A stretch of 64,000 nucleotides of DNA from Takakia lepidozioides. Its lineage: Eukaryota; Plantae; Bryophyta. Positions 13,101 to 23,859 of this stretch are shown piece after piece. Both the position numbers and the translations under genes were made by a program. The stretch covers positions 54,126,001 to 54,190,000 of the forward strand of contig CM060731.1 of the NCBI GenBank assembly GCA_030704615.1. The letters are read 5' to 3'. Numbering within the stretch: the first letter of the stretch is position 1; the number at the start of each line of letters is the position of its first letter. A model generated the notes under the pieces. That model had not been told where the DNA came from and did not search any database. It saw nothing but the letters and a program-made list of their open reading frames with translations.

Positions 13101-13130
13101 GCGTGCCATGCGTATTATACGCGCTTCCAT
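10107..13130 (-). CDS. Gene B: intronless PLS-class PPR-DYW organellar C-to-U RNA editing factor (1007 aa) with N-terminal degenerate PDF motifs; ends GYW
   Basis: Single ORF: transit-peptide-like N-terminus, about 1.5 PDF-like motifs, 17 PPR motifs (L-S, 4x P-L-S, P2-L2-S2), E1/E2, PG box, HHSEKLA...CGDCH...HHF..G.CSC. Confidence 0.93.
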   Translation of the reverse strand: MEARIIRMARMTSWGCPHEPLGCAACEIGTLRRTSEKCGLSGMYGFAAHFSSSLIPIELQRRPVEEDQAHGQPGGEQRGYTCKYSKSQNTDVEKLWSKCFSGPSRLWDYRGRKIHLREADFKHNEGLCIRKHEKPAWVVGDLDNQGRKISRKRPGFNYKSTNERLWIDDRCTRPACVDGRLNAAGAQLSQSGTLTMTTSSVRCGDVRELCKGGRLQKALQILKLGRIAADSKTYVCLLQECIKTKGLAEGRQVHAHIIQSGFRPDLFLYNNLVNMYAKCGSVVDARLVFDKMPERGLVAWNTMLAGYAKQGYCKGTLETYEQMIGEGLTPNQVTFICVLKACASLADLKKGRAIHADIMRSGIVPNIMLDTTLVDMYAKCGSINDARGVFKNMAERNVVSWGAMITGYAQQGCGMEALETYDHMMREGLKPNQVTLASVCKACASLGALEKGKEVHADIMKAGIVPNIILDTALVDMYCKCESINDAKGVFDNMAERDVVSWGAMIAGYAQHGCGREALETYEQMMWEGVKPDQVTFVSICNACACLGALEKGKAVHADIMKAGIVPNIILGTTLVDMYAKCGSIEDAKGVFSNMAERNVVSWNAMIAGYAQHQWGMEALETYEQMMREGIKPDQATFVCVCNVCASLAALEKGKEVHADITKAGIAPDIILNNNLLDMYAKCGSIANAKGVFDSMAERNVVSWSVMIAGYAQHGCRTEALQLFEGMQKEGLKPNSITFLCILSACSHGGLVNEGRHFFDAMSQDHGLTPTVEHFGCVVDLLGRAGRFHEAEDFINKMPIKPDAVVWKALLGACRVYGNVAVAERAAKSILKSAQQDAGTYVLLSNIYAAAGRWDDSAKVRRMMNVRGVRKEPGCSCIEVGNRVHSFVVDDKLHPQIEEIHATLRDLSEQMKEAGYVPDTRFVLHDVEEEQKEFSLCHHSEKLAIALGLISTTPGTPLLVIKNLRVCGDCHTATKFISKIVGRAIVVRDANRFHHFQAGVCSCGGYW

Positions 13131-14304
13131 GGCTGGTTAGGTCAGATCTTCCTGCAATGACCAGCTGACTGCTGTCCACCGCAGCTCGCACTCTGGACTG
13201 GCCCTTACTCAGCTCCCGTAATCACCCAAACCCCATCTCTCTCTCGTCTTCACATCGCACATGTCAGACGACTTCCAGTGAAGTGAACGGGAATGGAAGG
13301 GCCTTCCCTTCGCCAAGCCATCGAGGAACGAAAACAACTCTGTAAAGATTTATGAAGGACCCAAAGGTGATTGCGAGAGGAAGCTGCCCCAGCCATCTCT
13401 GCCCTATGGCAAAATAGACATACTTGTGCCCTTTGTTACGCATTAGAAACTAGCTACCTAAAGACGGTCACAAGAACAGAGGCATCGGGACTTCCAATTC
13501 CTCTGTTTTCTGTTGTACGATGATCACTGATGATGCAGACATCCTAAAATGTGGACTACTAAGTTCGCGGGAGGAATAAATGTATCCCAGAACTCTCTTC
13601 CAAACTTCTGTATACAAAACTCTACTCTGCCGTAGCAAGTTGTATCCACACGTTGGATTGCTAAAACAAATTGTCTGACAACCTCATTCTGAGGCTCACC
13701 TTCAGCCGAATCATCTGCACACTGTTGCAATTAGGAAGAATCTGAACAACAAACCATTAAGTATGAAGCTTACAGTTTTTTCTTCGCCTCTTCTCTTCCA
13801 CTGTTATCCAACAAACACGAAGGGGATTGAAGGCCAGTACCTGGCCGTTGCACTCTCCTTTAGGTCAGAGAGGAGATGCCGTCCATGCAGGTCCGACATG
13901 ATCGCACGAGCATTGTGAGAATGACGACCGCACCCTGAGGAGATGCATGCGCTGCCAAGTGCAGTGGGAAGGAAGCAGCCAGCCTGTCCTGTTGGGGACG
14001 TTCGGGGGAGGGGAGGAGAGGGAGATGACGTGTCCTTGGAAAGAACACAAGGAAAGAGACGTAGCAAATGCAGCAGCACATGATGGTTCACACCCCTGCT
14101 TCATCCTTGAAGCTGGATTTCGATTGTTCGTGCATCGGGGTTGGAATTGCGCGGACCAAAATATATCTTCCTGCCTCTTTCTCTCTCACCGGCAGGGATG
14201 GCAGCGTCTTCCCTCGTTCTCCTGCACTCGCATGTCCACTCCATACCCAAGGCCATACCCAAGGCCCTGTCCTCTCGCTTCGATCATGGAAGAGGCCTCG
14301 CGTC

Positions 14305-17300
14305 ATGCTGCGGGTTAACTGTGGAGCTGAAATCGGAACCCCCTTGGCAATGCGCAGCGGACGGAGTCCCTTGCATGTGGTTGCTAGGGCGCCTCGCCAA
14401 CCTTCAGGGGTGCAATTGAAGTTAGGTAATAAGACGAAACACTTTGAGGTTTCCTTTCTTGGGGTCGCTGTGGTGTGTGCGCATTAGGATCCAGGCCTGG
14501 AATTGTCTTGTGGGCAATTCAGCAGAAACGAATGTACTCTGGGGCAAAGAAGCAAGAGAGCACACGGGATAATTAGACAAGGCCGATAACTGGAATCTGT
14601 GGAATGTAGGTCAACGCTGGAGCATAGAACAGCGCTGGCAGGAGTTCTTTAGAGATCCTTCACAATGGTGGGACTGCAGCGTTGAGAAGGTGAGCTTCCT
14701 TCATTTAGGATGTGACGGAGTCTTAGGGAGTTTTGACTGAAGTCTGGTATAGTATTGAGTGGACTGGGTTGTACCCGTAGACGTTGAGTCAGAATCTCGC
14801 TTTGTCTGCAAAAACTGCTTTTACTGTCAGTATCGTGGGTTGTTCTTCCTAAGCAGGCATTAAAGTAGGATGCACAATGTCCTTTCCCTGGAGTTTGCAA
14901 GTTACTTGGGAGGGATGATACTCTGGCTGCTTGGCTGCTCCCTGGTGGGTTTCACAGACTACTCCAAAATCTCCAGACTACAGACATAAGCTGTGCACGC
15001 AAGAAGGCTTGTGGATAGAGGGATGGTTCAATCCTCCTTGGGTGAAAGAAGCACTAATTGCCATGCCACAAGATCAAGAACAGGCTGGTGATGGCGGAAA
15101 GATATCAGAGTGTTCTGATTCTGGTGTAGATGGTGGAGCTCCTTCAAAGCTAGCAGATGAAAGTGAGTATGAGTAGCAGTGACATGATTAGAGGGGGAGC
15201 CTTGTCATGCACAAGCTTGTTTAGCATGTGTGGACATTTTTGAATGTTCCCCATTGTTTCTAGTGCAAAGGAGCTCACAATGACTTGCATTGCTGCTGTT
15301 GAAAGCTACACTAGCACTTGTCCATAAAGAAACCTGTCAAAAGTGTTGATGCTGTCAGAGTTTCGGGCATGAAGGTGTACCGTGGAGCATGGAGCAGCGC
15401 TGGCATGAGTTTTTAAATGACTCTTCACAATGGTGGGACAACCGCAATGGCAAGGTGTGCTATCTTGATGTACAATGTGGAGAAGTTTGTCTGTTCTGCA
15501 AAAGTGGGCTCTTCCTGTCCGTATCATGATTTGTTCTTTTTCCAGGTGTTTGAGGGTCAGGTTGGTCTTAGGAGGCCGTGTTTGAATCTATGGCTGCTCA
15601 GCTGCATCGTGGTGGTTATCACAGACCAATCTGAGATCACCCAACTACAGACACAAGCAGTGCACACAACAGGTCCTTTGGGTTGATGGTTGGTCAAATC
15701 CTCCTTGGGTGAAAGAAAAGCTAGCTGCTTTCATGACACAAGGTCAAGGAGGATGGGGTGAGGGCACCTTCTTTTTCAACGTGTTTCGGCCTGTTTTGTC
15801 CTCTTATCTTAATTGTTCCTAATGCTGAATTCTGCAAGTTAGCTTGTCGGGTGTGGTTTGGAGTGATTTTGACATGCTACTGCCAATGTGGCAACAGGCA
15901 AATATCCAAAAACAAAAAACAGAGATGAGGAGAATCTTTGGAAAGAATATTTTCTGGACCCCAGTCCATGGTGGGACAATCGATGCAAAAAGGTGAATGC
16001 CTTTTAAAAGCAGACAAGATTCAACAAGATTCATCGCAAAGCTGTCTCTCCCCCTAGCACATTTTTGAAGTGTAGGAACTTTAGGTGTGATAAGTACAGT
16101 TGGGGTGTCTGCTAGGAAAAATTAGCTGTTGTTGTTAGCTGCTAGCAGCAAGGGAAGGATCTATGCACTATTGGTGCTGAGGGAGGGATAGCTGAAGGAG
16201 CAGGGATGGAGTGTGCTCCAGATTCATCCGAGAGGGCCGGATTTCAAGCACAAGAGTACCTACGATTCACTGTGGATTGACAGCTACAAGAAACCTACAT
16301 GGGTTGATGGTCAACTGGAAGCAGCAGCAGCAGCAGCACAGTTGATAAAAATAGGCACCTCTACCATGACCACAGCTTCTGAAAAAGGACCCAGAGAGGG
16401 AGTCCACAATACCTCTTATGGCACTTCTGGGCATGTGAGGACATTATGTGAGGCAGGGCACCTGAAAGAGGCTCTACAGATTTTGAACCAAGGAGGCACT
16501 TCAGCCGATTCAGATACTTATGTCTGTCTCTTGCGTAAGTGCATCAAGACGAAAGGCCTGGAAGCTGGAAAGCAGGTGCATGCTCACATAATCCGAAATA
16601 GATTCAAGCCAAATGTTTTTCTACACAACACCCTTGTCAACATGTATGTTAAGTGCGGGAGTATTGTGGATGCACACCAAGTGTTCAACAAAATGCCTGA
16701 ACGAGGTTTGATCACATGGAATATAATGATTGCAGGGTTTACCAAGCATAGGTGTGGGGAGAATGCCTTGGAGACATATAAGAAAATGATTCGGGACGGG
16801 GTGAGGCCCAACCACGTCACGTTTGTTTGTGTTTGCAAGGCATGTGCAAGCCTGGCAGACCTGGAAAAGGGCAAAGATGTCCATGTTGACATCATCAAAG
16901 CCGGAATTGTACCAGATGTCATTCTGAACACAGTCCTTGTGGACATGTACGCCAAATGTGGCAGCATCAAAGATGCGAAGGGAGTGTTTGACAATATGGC
17001 TGAACGAAATGTGGTTTCCTGGAGTGCTATGATTGCAGGATATGCTCAGCATGGATGTGGGATGGAGGCTTTGGAGACCTATGAGCAAATGATGCGGGAA
17101 GGGGTGAAGCCGGACCAGGTCACGTTCGTTTGTGTTTGCAATGCGTGTGCGAGCCTGGGAGCACTGGAAATGGGCAAAGAGATCCATAGTGACATAATCA
17201 AAGCTGGAATTGTACCAGATGTCATTCTGAACAATACCCTCGTGGACATGTATGCAAAAGGCAGGAGCATTGAAAATGCAAAGGGAGTGTTCGACAAAAT

Positions 17301-20300
17301 GGCTGAACGAAATGTGGTATCCTGGAGTGCTATGATTGCAGGATATGCGCAGCATGGGTTTGGGGTGGAGGCTTTGGAGACCTATGAGCAAATGATCCGG
17401 GAAGGGGTGAAGCCCAACCACATCACATTTGTTTGTGTTTGCAGTGCGTGTGCGAGCCTGGCAGTCCTTGAAAAGGGCAAAGAGGTCCATGGTGACATGA
17501 TCAAAGCTGGAATTGTACCAGATGTCATTCTGAACACTGCCCTTGTGGACATGTATGTCAAATGTGGCAGCATCGAGGATGCAAAGGGAGTGTTTGACAA
17601 TATGGCTTATCGAGATGTGGTGTCGTGGAACATAATGATCACAGGATATGTGCAGCATGAGTGTGGGATGGAGGCTTTGGAGACCTATGAGCAAATGATG
17701 TTGGAAGGGGTAAAGCCGGACCAGGTCACGTTTGTATGTGTTTGCAATGCCTGTGCAAGCCTGGCAATGCTGGAAAAGGGCAAAGAGGTCCATGGTGACA
17801 TCATCAAAGCTGGAATTGTACCAGATGTCACTCTGAACAATAAGCTGGTGGACATGTATGCAAAAGGTGGGAGCATCGGAGATGCAATCGGAGTGTTCAA
17901 CAATATGGTGGAACGGGATGTGGTGTCGTGGAACACGATGATTGCAGGATATGCACAGCATGGGTGGGGGATGGAGGCTTTGGAGACCTATGAGCAAATG
18001 ATGCAGGAAGGGGTGAAACCGGACCACATCACATTTGTTTGCGTTTGCAGTGTGTGTGCAAGCTTGGCTGCCCTGGAAAAGGGCAAAGAGGTCCGTGGTG
18101 ACATGATCAAAGCTGGAATTGTTCCAGATGTCATTCTGAACACTGCCCTTGTGGACATGTATGCCAAATGTGGCAGTATTAAGAGTGCAAAGGGAGTGTT
18201 TGACACTATGGCAGAACGAGATGTGGTGACGTGGAACGCGATGATCGCAGGATATGCACAGCATAGGTGTGGGATGGAGGCCTTGGAGACCTATGAGCAA
18301 ATGATGTGGGAAGGGGTGAAGCCAGACCGGGTCACGTTCATTTGCATTTGCAATGTGTGTACGAGCCTTGCAGCACTGGAAAAGAGCAAAGAGGTCCATG
18401 GTGACATGATGAAAGCTGGAATTGTACCAGATGTCATTCTGAACACTGCTCTCGTGGACATGTATGCCAAATGCGGGAGCATTGAAGATGCAAAGGGAGT
18501 GTTCAACAATATGTCGAAACGTAATGTGATGTCATGGAACGCTATGATTGCAGGATATGCGCAGCATGGGTGCAGGATGGAGGTTTTGAAGACCTATGAG
18601 CAGATGATGCGAGAAGGGGTGAAACCAGACCAGGTCACTTTTGTTTGTGTTTGCAAAGTGTGTGCAAGCTTGGCAGCCCTGGAAACAGGCAAAGAGATCC
18701 ATGGTGACATCATCCAAGCTGGAATCGTTCCAGATGTCATTCTGAACACTTCTCTTGTGGACATGTATGCCAAATGCGGGAGCATCGAGGATGCAAAGGG
18801 AGTGTTCGACTATATGGCTGAACGAGATGTGGTGTCCTGGAATGGAATGATTGCAGGATATGCCCAGCATGGGTGTGGGATGGAGGCTTTGGAGATCTAT
18901 GAGCAAATGATGCAGGAAGGGGTGAAGCCGGACAGGGTAACATTTGTTTGCATTTGCAATGCGTGTGCAAGCCTGGGAGCACTGGAAAAGAGCAAAGAGG
19001 TCCATGGTGACATGATCAAAGCTGGGATTATACCAGATGTCATTCTGAACAATGCCCTCGTGGACATGTATGCGAAAGGCGGAAGTATTGAAGATGCAAG
19101 GGGAGTGTTTGACAAGATGGCTGAACGAAATGTGGTGTCCTGGAGTGCTATGATTGCAGGATATGCGCAGCATGGGCGTGGGATGGAGGCTTTGGAAACC
19201 TATGAGCAAATGATGCGGGAAGGGGTGAAGCCCAACCACATCACATTTGTTTGCGTTTGCAATGCGTGTGCGAACCTGGCAGCACTGGAAAAGAGCAAAG
19301 AGGTCCATGGTGACATGATCAAAGCTGGAATTATACCAGATGTCATTCTGAACACTGCCCTCGTGGACATGTATGCCAAATGCGGCAGCATCGAGGATGC
19401 AAAGGGAGTATTTGACAATATGGCAGAACGAGATGTGGTGTCATGGAACACGATGATTGCAGGATATGCCCAGCATGGTTGTGATATGGAGGCCCTGCAA
19501 CTATTGGAAAAAATGCAAAAGGAAGGCTTGAAGCTGGACAGTATCACTTTTATATGTGTTCTCTCTGCATGTAGCCATGCTGGCCTAGTGGATGAAGGCA
19601 GACATTACTTCGACTCTCTGAGTCAAGATCATGACATCACTCCAGCAGTGGAGCACTATGGCTGCATGGTGGACCTTCTTGGCCGTGCGGGGCGATTGGA
19701 TGAGGCAGAGGACTTCATTAACAAAATGCCAATGAAACCAAATGCTGCAGTGTGGAGGGCCTTGCTTGGTGCCTGCAAAATTCATTGCAATGTGGAGATG
19801 GCTGAACGTGCGGCAACATCTATTCTCAAGTGGGATGAACAGGACGCCACAACTTATGTGTTGCTATCAAACATCTATGCCGCAGCTAGCAGGTGGGACG
19901 ATACTGCAAAGGTGAGAAAATTGATGGAGGTCAGAGGGGTTAGAAAGCAGCCAGGCCACTGCTGCATTGAGGTCGGCGACAGGGTGCACACCTTCGTTGT
20001 GGATGACAAATTGCATCCTAAAATTGAGGAAATCCTTGCTAAGCTGAGAAGATTATCTGGGCAGATGAAGGAGGCAGGTTATGTGCCTGACACACGTTTT
20101 GTACTGCATGATGTGGACAAGGAGCAAAAGGAATGCTCTCTTGGCCACCACAGTGAGAAGTTGGCTATTGCTTTTGGGCTGATCAGCACGGCCCCTGGGA
20201 CGACTCTCCGAATCATCAAGAATCTTCGGGTGTGTGGTGACTGCCACACCGCCACCAAGTTCATCTCAAAGATTGTTGGGCGAGCAATTGTTGTACGGGA

Positions 20301-20358
20301 TGCTAACCGCTTTCACCACTTCGAAGATGGCGTTTGTTCTTGTGGGGATTACTGGTGA
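14305..20358 (+). CDS. Gene C: 7-exon PPR-DYW editing factor (~1590-1620 aa) with three N-terminal PDF motifs and ~32 PPR motifs
   Basis: Phase-consistent exons 14305-14425, 14610-14689, 14958-15087 (or -15162), 15375-15454, 15625-15757, 15898-15992, 16222-20358. The last exon is the 1381-aa ORF (9 P-L-S triplets, P2-L2-S2, E, DYW ending CSCGDYW). The 5' exon boundaries are inferred. Confidence 0.85.
16730..19480 (+). repeat. Tandem 303-bp (101-codon) P-L-S repeat array in gene C
   Basis: Near-identical units recur every 303 nt (e.g. ggagacctatgagcaaatgatg; aaagctggaattgtaccagatgtcattctgaac). Confidence 0.9.
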
Positions 20359-22009
20359 GACACTGTTTTTCTGGAAAGGTGCGAGTACCTTAGTCATTCA
20401 TTGATCTGTGTAGCTAGTTAGTTCATCCACCATTTCCTGAGAATGCTCTCTCTAGCCAGCAGCTCGAGCATCTTTTCACACAAGATCTGCATCTTGCACA
20501 TTGGAACACCCCTATCACCACTCTCTGGTGTTTACAGTCATCTGCAGGCTTTTACCAGGCGAGAGCAACCACCCTCCCACTGAAACCTTTTTGAGCTCAT
20601 GATTGCACTGCTGCACTTTGTGAGCACTGTTGTGTACCCTAAACTGTTTTTCCCAGTGTTAACTGCGACTACATTCCCTTTGGCTTGCGCGAGTGATGAT
20701 TGCTGAGTTTTCTTGTAGGCGGGTGGTCATTGCCTCTCAGGCTCAGCATGAGAGTGATCCTCTCCCTCCAGGAGACTTCACTTCTTTGAAATGAGGACTG
20801 TTCATTGAAATCAGGACATCATGCATCGTTGGCTTTATTGTGGCTTTTGGTATAAGTTTTAGTGCTTTAATTTAAACATCTACTGATTGTCGTGGATTTC
20901 TTAGCCTCCTCTTATCAATATTTAGAGGCTAACAGGAAATCTGCTTATCCACTGCAATCGAAAGAGTTAAAGCACTGAAAGCTCAGCATCCCAAATGGGT
21001 GTGAAGAAAGGCTTAGAAAAGGTGATGGGCTCTGGAACCATTTGGAAGAGGGTTGTGGGAGACAGCTGGACTAGTAGTCGGTTTCTCAGTTGGGCTTTGG
21101 ATACTTCAGACATTAGCCAAATTGGGTTTTCATTTTTACCCATGTGACATCTTTGAAAAACTGAAGCACCAGGAGGCTTGTTGGGCTCTCGTTGGAGAAT
21201 CCATGTGTAAAAATGGAAGCCAATTTGAAGAAAGTGCGAAATTTTGATGGGGCTTCAACCATCTAGTTGCGGACGTACTACCGACAAATGAAAACAATAA
21301 AACATGACATTTTCAGCTGGATTGCTTTAACCAACTCTACCCTCCCGCCTTCCTTTTGTATAGGCTGCAGTGAAGAAGAAACAGAGTTCTTATAAACCAT
21401 GGTCCACTGTTGAGAAAGTTCCAACAGGGTTGAGAATGATTATTGTTCAGAAGCAGTGCCCGTATATGCACACTGTTGGCACTTCCAATCAAACCCTCTA
21501 GGAATCTATTGCGGCAGAAATATGTCCACAATCAAAATTGAGCACAATGGACTTCATGAGGAATTGACCAACCACTGGAATTCGGCTCTCCTCAATTTCT
21601 CATGAGCGAGCAGATATACTTACATGCCATGCACCAAACCAGCAAGGCTCCTCTGAGCTGCATCAAATGCGATCCTTTGCACTGCCATGGTTTAGTACAG
21701 CCCAGCTTGGCAAGCGAAATGCAAGCAATACCTGCTGCATTAATGGGGTAAGACCTGCCTGATATTAGGACTGCAAATTGGTCATTGCACCTCAAGTCTA
21801 GGTCAATGTGCAATACTTGGTGGCAACAGCTTTCACTAGCTACAAGACCATCAAGTGGTTGCTATATTCTCGCTTGTCGCAGCCAGGTAGTTGATTTGCT
21901 CACTGTTCAGCAGTTCCGAAGAAAGTCTTTCCTTCTCAAGGCCTTCTTTGCTCCTCTTAGCCACACTGCATTGACCACTCTGGTACTGAGAGATACCACA
22001 GAGAAATAT

Positions 22010-23803
22010 CTAGTTGAAAAAGTAAGGGGCATGAAGCACCTCTCTCAAGTCAAGGTCACCGCGATCGGGAACTGCTGGGAATATCATTTGGGGAAACTGT
22101 TCTTGAAAACCCTTTAGTAACTGCACACCCGACACCACAGCTTTGGTAAGTTCCAATTTCAATTATGTAAGGCAGTTGCACAGCAAAAGAAGAGGATAAG
22201 GATGAGTCAAAGGGCCTGTTGGAGCACACAAAAGCACCATGATAAAGAGAGAGGAAGAAGAAAGGAAGAGAGGCCTTGGCAGGTGAGAAGCCTGCACTGT
22301 ATCTGGAAACCATGCCTTTGGCCTCTTTTGTTGTCTTTGTTGCCTACTTCCTTAAAAACGTTTTTTGGCTTTGCTGACATGTTCAGAAAAGAGTTTTGTA
22401 TTTGGAGGGAGAGAAAGAGAAATCCACCACCACCTCTGAAGGAAGGAAGGATCTCACAAGTAACGCGACCATAGAAAGCCTGAAGAGCTTCTGGGATCAT
22501 GGAAGTACAAACAGAGCACAAACACATCACGACGAGGATAAATAGGTAATAGAATACTCATCTGCAACCAGCATCAATAAGAGCCACTTCCCCTAGCGGG
22601 TACTTAAAAAAATTATTCAACTGATGAATGCAAAGTATGTAAAAGTACACATGATGGAGCATCGCCAACTCTCAGGAAAGCACTCACATTTTCAAGGATG
22701 GGTAGGCTGTAAAGGTCCACAAAGTTCTTTCGGAGCAAGAAGTTCATTTCCTCCACATCCCCAGCATGTGTCCAATATGAGTCGTGCACCCCTGAAATAA
22801 AATCCAGCACAAGAATACAGATGTTACACAGCTATATGCTTTCCTCTACATTGGCTAGAGTTTGGATGAATTTATCACCTGCACCTGCTCTAACAAGCCT
22901 TCCCAAAGTTATTGCAGCTTGCGGTTGAGCCTTCATTGGTTCACATTCATGATCTCCCCTGAAAATGTACGTTATTCACATCTCAGATCCAATGAAAGAT
23001 TGTGTGCATCAAAGAGGGTGTGGTAAAGAAACGAAAAGGGTGATGAACAACAGATTGATACATGTTGGGCTCCACTGATTGAACATGTTGGACGAGACTG
23101 CTTCTGGCTTATGAACAACATCTGTATTTACACTCTGATTACTGACATACTGAGTTGAGAGCCACAGTAGGCCCTGCACCTTGGTACATTCCTGTGGCTA
23201 ACCAGTTACGATATGTCCAACAAGGAGAATGAAACAGAAGATGGCCCGGAACATTAGTGTTCTGGGTCAGCCCTTCCCTGCTCGGTGACCAGGTTTTGGA
23301 CATATTTGAACAACTTGGGTTTGGCAATGAGGAAAACATAGGCAATGGCAATGGGAATGTGGACCAGACAGACTTTCAGTCAATGACACATCAAGGCTGC
23401 TAGAAAGACTTTCACAGAAGGCCTGAAATATACCAGCAAATGAAAACCCTGCATTTTTGCAAGCAAGAGCGGTCATCATCATATGTGTGCTATCAAGTGA
23501 ATGAACAAAATTGGGGGGGAAGGCACTACGCTGCCTTGCGGCCAACACCTGCAAATACCATCACCAGTGTTACCAGACCACAAGTCATCTAGGAAAACTG
23601 AAGCTGAAATTGATTATTTAACAGAGGAAAATACTGTGTGGGGAGAGGGAGGAGATTTTTTCTCAAGACAAGACTAGATCAGGCAATTGGAAGTGGCTCT
23701 GCATGCTTGGCCAAAAGGAAGACGTTTCCTTACATCCACGTGCGTGTGCGTGTGTGTGTGTGTGAGAGAGAGATGTACTCATAAGACGTTGTTTGCCGTA
23801 GCC

Positions 23804-23859
<56 letters not shown>

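Noticed and set aside
13524-14300. Short ORFs between genes B and C
   Set aside because: No recognisable domain; more likely promoter or UTR sequence.
16621-19308. Long antisense ORFs (592 aa, 258 aa) and many 72-aa ORFs opposite the PPR genes
   Set aside because: Shadow frames produced by the 303-bp repeat; no independent protein features.
16730-19480. CRISPR-like regular repeats
   Set aside because: In-frame coding PPR repeats in a eukaryotic gene; no spacers and no cas genes.
19746-20358. U-to-C (DYW:KP-type) editing enzyme
   Set aside because: The domains keep PG-box and HSEKLA signatures and end in xYW, as in C-to-U enzymes.
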